Source: the human T2T-CHM13v2.0 reference genome, Homo sapiens
DNA length: 64,000 nucleotides
Reading direction: 5' to 3' (one strand)
Assembly: GCF_009914755.1 (NCBI RefSeq)
Contig: NC_060933.1
Position numbers and translations under genes: made by a program
Notes under the pieces: generated by a model
Databases searched by the model: none
The model's input: the letters and a program-made list of their open reading frames with translations, nothing else
What the model was told of the DNA's origin: nothing
Shown: positions 59,490-64,000 of the stretch, in pieces
How the letters are laid out: every line of letters begins with the position of its first letter
How positions within the stretch are numbered: position 1 is the first letter of the stretch

Positions 59490-59862
59490 ATACGAGTCTG
59501 CTCAGCGGCTGTATGAAGCATGTTATGTTTGACGAAGGATTAAACACCAGAAATGTATTGTCCCCGGTTCTGGAGGCTGGAAGTCTGAGATCAAGGGGCT
59601 GGCAGGGCTGGTTCCTTCTGAGACCCCTCTCCCTGGCCTGTGGGTGCCATCTTCTCTCTCTGTGGGTGTCCATGTCTTTACCACCCCTTCTCCTAAGGAC
59701 ACCAGTCCTATTGGATTAAGGTCCACCCTAATGGCCCCATTTTAACTTAGTTACCTCTCTGAAAATCCTACCTCCAAATACGATCACAGACTCCAAGCTG
59801 CTGGGGTGAGGACTTCAACATGTGAATTTGGGGTGAGGGGCAGCTTGGTTCAGCTCCTAACA
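59490..59862 (-). mobile_element. MaLR LTR (MLT1B/C-like)
   Basis: ttctggaggctggaagtctgagatcaagg...taaggacaccagtcctattggattaagg...gaggacttcaacatgtgaattt. Confidence 0.8.
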
Positions 59863-61097
59863 TGCATGTCAGCCACGCTCTCACTCACTCATCCTTGTTT
59901 TGATTCGTTTACATGGTGCATGTCTCCGGTGCCTACTGTGTGCTAAGCTGGGCCAAGACAGAAGCTGCCTGCCAGGAGCCCAGTGCCCAGTGGAAGAGGA
60001 GGGATGGAGCAACAGGGCAGTAGGACGGGGTGTGGCTGTGCCCCAGATGGGGAGGAGTTAGCCCTGGCCCCATGTGCAGTGCAGCCTCAGGGTGCCCACC
60101 GCTCTGGGACTACAGAGTAGCTCCTTGGACAGTCATGTCTTCAGAACTGAGAGCTGAGATGACCCAGTTGGCCCATATTAGGCAGTTTCCAGTCCAGGAA
60201 AGGAGGGGGTGGCATCAAGACCTGAGCTCTGGGGAGCACATTTTGGGGTCCACATTCTTGCTTTGCTTGTGGAATGCCTGCAGGAGCTGGAGGCCACGCC
60301 ACAGAGCCCTTGGGAGGAGAAACGGCCACGTGTGGAGGGCAGTCTGATGGCAGGTATCCACGCTGAAGATACATGTGTCCTTTGAACCAGCCCCCAGTTC
60401 CCTGGGAGAATGTCTCAGATCCCTAGGCAAAGGCACAAAGATCTGGTGTGTTTACTGCTGTAAGAGACAGCCCCAAACCTCGGCAGTTTCTCCCAACATA
60501 GAAACCCACAGAGCGATGCTGTGATCCAGGTCCTGCCTGCTCCATGGTACCACCCTTCTCTGGTTCAGCAGACAGAGAGGGAGAGAGCGTGAGGACCACA
60601 CATGAGGGGTTTTATGGCTGACCAGAAGCAGAACACAGCACTTCCTCTCACCTCCCATTGACCAGACTCCAGTACACACAGGACCGCCTGAGAAACATGT
60701 GCACCGGGGGAAGAGAGCGTGGTTGGAACACCAGCCATCTCTCATGCAATATTTATCTAAATTCTAAAATAATTGAGCATTGAATCCAACTGGAACTCCC
60801 TGTAGGTGAGGGGTTAAAGACATTTAATGGTGTCACCAGGCATTTGTCCATTATTCACTTACTCAAGAAACATTTATTAGGGCATCATGTTATTTGAAAT
60901 ATAATGCCTAAAATATCAAAACTAATGACACATATCCACATTTCCAGATGCAAGACCTTCTCCTTGACATGTTTAAATGAAAAGATCAGGATTCAACATG
61001 GGTTGTATACTATCATCCAATTTATAAAAATTAAATATTTATATCTGCAGGCATAAGCCAGCATAGAGAAATATGGAAAGATTTTCACAGGAATTCT

Positions 61098-61570
61098 AAG
61101 ATATGGCTACCATTTCTTTGGTAATCCTCACTTCAAGAGGTGGAGTTCAACTTATTTCCCCTTGAACGTGGGCTGGACCTGGTGTCCGGATGGGTTACAG
61201 TGTGGCCTCAGAGTTGGTCAAGCCTGGCATTGCAGCCTCTTCCTGCTTTCTCTCGTGCATCACTGGCTCTTGGGGAAGCCAGTTGTCACATTGCAGAGAC
61301 CCAGGAACAGCCCTACCAGGGGCCCACATGGTGTGGACTGAAGCCCTCTGCCCATGGCCAAATGCACCAGCTTGGAAGCAGCTCCTCCCACCCCAGTTGA
61401 GCGTTCTGATGAATACTGCCCTGGCCAACAACTTGACTACAACTTCATGAGAGACCCTGGGGCAGAAGCACCCCAATTCCTGACCCACAGACCCTGAGAT
61501 AAGAGATGTTTCTTGTTGAAACTTCTATGTTTTGGGTTAATTTGCTGCATGGTAGCAGATGACAAACACA
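61098..61570 (+). mobile_element. MaLR LTR (MLT1F-like)
   Basis: ccccttgaacgtgggctggac...aattcctgacccacaga...gagataa...gttttgggttaatttgctgcatggtagcagat. Confidence 0.75.
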
Positions 61571-64000
61571 CCATCTTTGTGAGGTGATGGGCGGTGACGC
61601 TGGCCAGCCACAGCCTTCCCCCATGCTTGCCCTCTGTGTCCACTCAGAGCAGAATCTGAGAAACCCCTGGATCTGGTGCTACCAGGCCTGCCTCCCTGTC
61701 GTGCCCAGCCCTTCAGCCATCCCTTTGCAAGGACACATGCCTTGGTGAGTCATTGTAACTATTGCCTCTCCAAGGCCCAAACCCACGGGGACAGGCATCT
61801 CCAGCATGGGGCACAGCAGAGCCCTTAGCAAATTCTCAGCAAATGCGCCAAGAAGGAAGGCCTGCAGGCTTCTCTTTACTGTGCAGCCTTCCACGATGAA
61901 CACGCATGGCTTTTAAAACTGGGGAAATAAAGTTTCTAAAGTAATCGAGCTGATCCAAGGACTCTCACTGATAACTTGAAAGGCTCCACAATGAGCAGGA
62001 AGACTCATGGTGACCAGTTCCTGACGCAGCCTCTAGGGAGGTAGCTGAGATGCCAGGGTGGAGCCGCCCTTGCCTTTCTCGCCTCCTAACTGTCTGGACG
62101 CAGGGTTGTTTGCCTGGAGTCAAAGAGGGTAAAAATGGGTTTGTTGCTTGGTAAGAAGACCAGGTGCCAATGCACCGAGGGTGAGACAGCAAGCCTAACA
62201 GAGCCAGGTGGGCGTGTCCTCCCCTTTGCTGGAACTCCTGCCTGCTGATATCAAGGTCGTCCTGAAAAGGCCGCTAGGGAGTTGGTCCTGATGCGCCTGT
62301 GGGCCGAGCAGGTGTCTAATAGCCTGAGGCCGCTGCCTATTTAAGAACCACTTTTCCAAGCCCCCATTTCTCCCATGACAAAGGGAACTCACGGGTGATG
62401 CCTGAAGGCCCTGTGTGCCATGGTGGCCAGCACGGTCCAGTCTGTGACCTTGTTCTGGGGGATGGAGAGAGGAGGAGGAGGGGGATCCCAGCCACCTGGA
62501 GCCTGCAGCTCACCCATGCCTGCCCTGCATTTAGCAGCCACAGCCCTGGCGGGGGACAATGGCCTTGCCGGGATTGGTGGGCAGTGGCACCAGAAGTCTG
62601 GGCTGGTTGCTACCCTCTGGTGGCCCTGGGCCCTCCTTTCTTGAATGTTCGGGCCAGTTCCCTCCTCTGTGCTTCAAGGCTGCTGGTGGACTCTGGGCTC
62701 TGCAGATGCCACATGCAGTTCTGGTCTCGGGAACAGCTTTGCAGCTGGGCTTACCTGATGTGAAAGCAATAAATGAGTCCCCCAGTGCCTCCCAGCCCAG
62801 ACTGGGGCAAGAGGGGTTGCCCAAGGGGTTTGCAACTCACGCTGAGAGCAGCCATCCTGAGAAAAGCCTCTAGCTATGCTGCCCAATTACGCAGCCTCCT
62901 TGGGGGCACTGGGCCATCCACATCCCTCAAGTCCCTCAACGGTGACCCAGGGACAAGCCCCATGCCCCCCTCAGAGCCGCTGCACGGATGAAAAGAGGGA
63001 GAATGTCCCACGGCAGCGCCCCGCGTGGGATCGCCGGACAGGGGTGCCTTCGCAGGCCGCTGTAGACATGCAGTTTCACATTCATGCTTCACAATTGATC
63101 TGTGGGCTTCGTGTGTCCTCAGCTTTAGGAGATATGTCCGGGTGCCCCTCAGCAGTGCCTGTGCCACTTGCCCCCCAAGGGGCAGTCGACCTTCCTGTGC
63201 ACCCTCAGCTCGTTCTGGTGGAGAGAATAAGGCTCCCCGAGGTGACCCCCTATCTGCGCTATTACTGCTGCCTTCTCAGACCATGAGAAGGAACCCTGAG
63301 AAAGAACTTCTTCAGTTTAGAGGGAGTGCGTCTGCGTCTGCAGTAGGCAGTAGCAGCAGGCAGTGGCCTGGGCGTGGGCAGTTGCTGTCAGCTCAGAGCA
63401 GGAAACGGGCAGCTGAGGAGGCCAGGCTCCTCGGGCATCTGCGGCTGCGTCTGCCCGCGTGGACGTGGGACTCGCTCACTGCAGCCCCAGAGCGCAGCCT
63501 CAGCAGAACCAGCCTGCTCACAGCAGCCTCCTGTCTGATTAATCTGGGGGAGGAAGGGCTGCCCATAAGCAGACTCATTTTATTCTAATGCTGCTTTCTC
63601 AAGATTTTAATTTTCCATAGTGCTACATTCTAGTCCCCTTTCCTTAAAAAAAAAAAAAAAAGAAGAAGAAGAAGAAGAGATATAATTGGGACAATCCTCT
63701 ATCATATACATGCTATCTTATTCCACCTCGAGGTCTGCTTCCAAAAAGCAATTGTGTGCTACTTAATGGACAAGCACTCAGTGACTATGGGGGTAGAACA
63801 GAGCTCAGATTTCAAGATTTCAGCAGGATGTGGGCGGCCTGACTGTTCCCGTGGCAGGAGGGACCATCCTCCATCCCAGCTCCGGAGCAGCTGCCTGGCC
63901 TTGCGCAGAGCCCTTGGGGCCCTGTCCTGAAGCTGCTTCCCTGGAATTAATTGCTGCAAATTCCGCCCACCCAATGGCGCTGAAAGTGGGCTGAGCACCT

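Overview
Human-type genomic DNA (Alu/L1/LTR-rich). The left part holds the complete coding sequence of the ficolin-1 gene FCN1 on the minus strand: 9 coding exons, ATG at 13549, TAG at 5476-5478, 981 nt = 326 aa, all introns GT-AG. The remaining ~50 kb upstream has no intact protein-coding gene that I can support. It contains a 5'-truncated HERV-L provirus with an MLT2A-type 3' LTR (19702-24247), a second older ERVL relic (~53222-54930, minus), many Alu, L1, MaLR and MER elements, and two ~0.9 kb CA/TG-rich arrays. Most interesting unexplained structures: (1) a WAP/WFDC four-disulfide-core-like exon at ~36085-36215 with a splice acceptor and a possible decayed signal-peptide exon, i.e. a candidate unannotated WFDC-like pseudogene next to FCN1; (2) an MLT2A LTR with a GTAAGT donor and no poly(A) signal, pointing at a triplicated exon-like module at 29.5-32.3 kb; (3) two ~150-bp locally templated insertions, one in an Alu and one in an L1 remnant. 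Repeat subfamily names and old-repeat boundaries are from recognition by eye and are approximate. No database searches were run.
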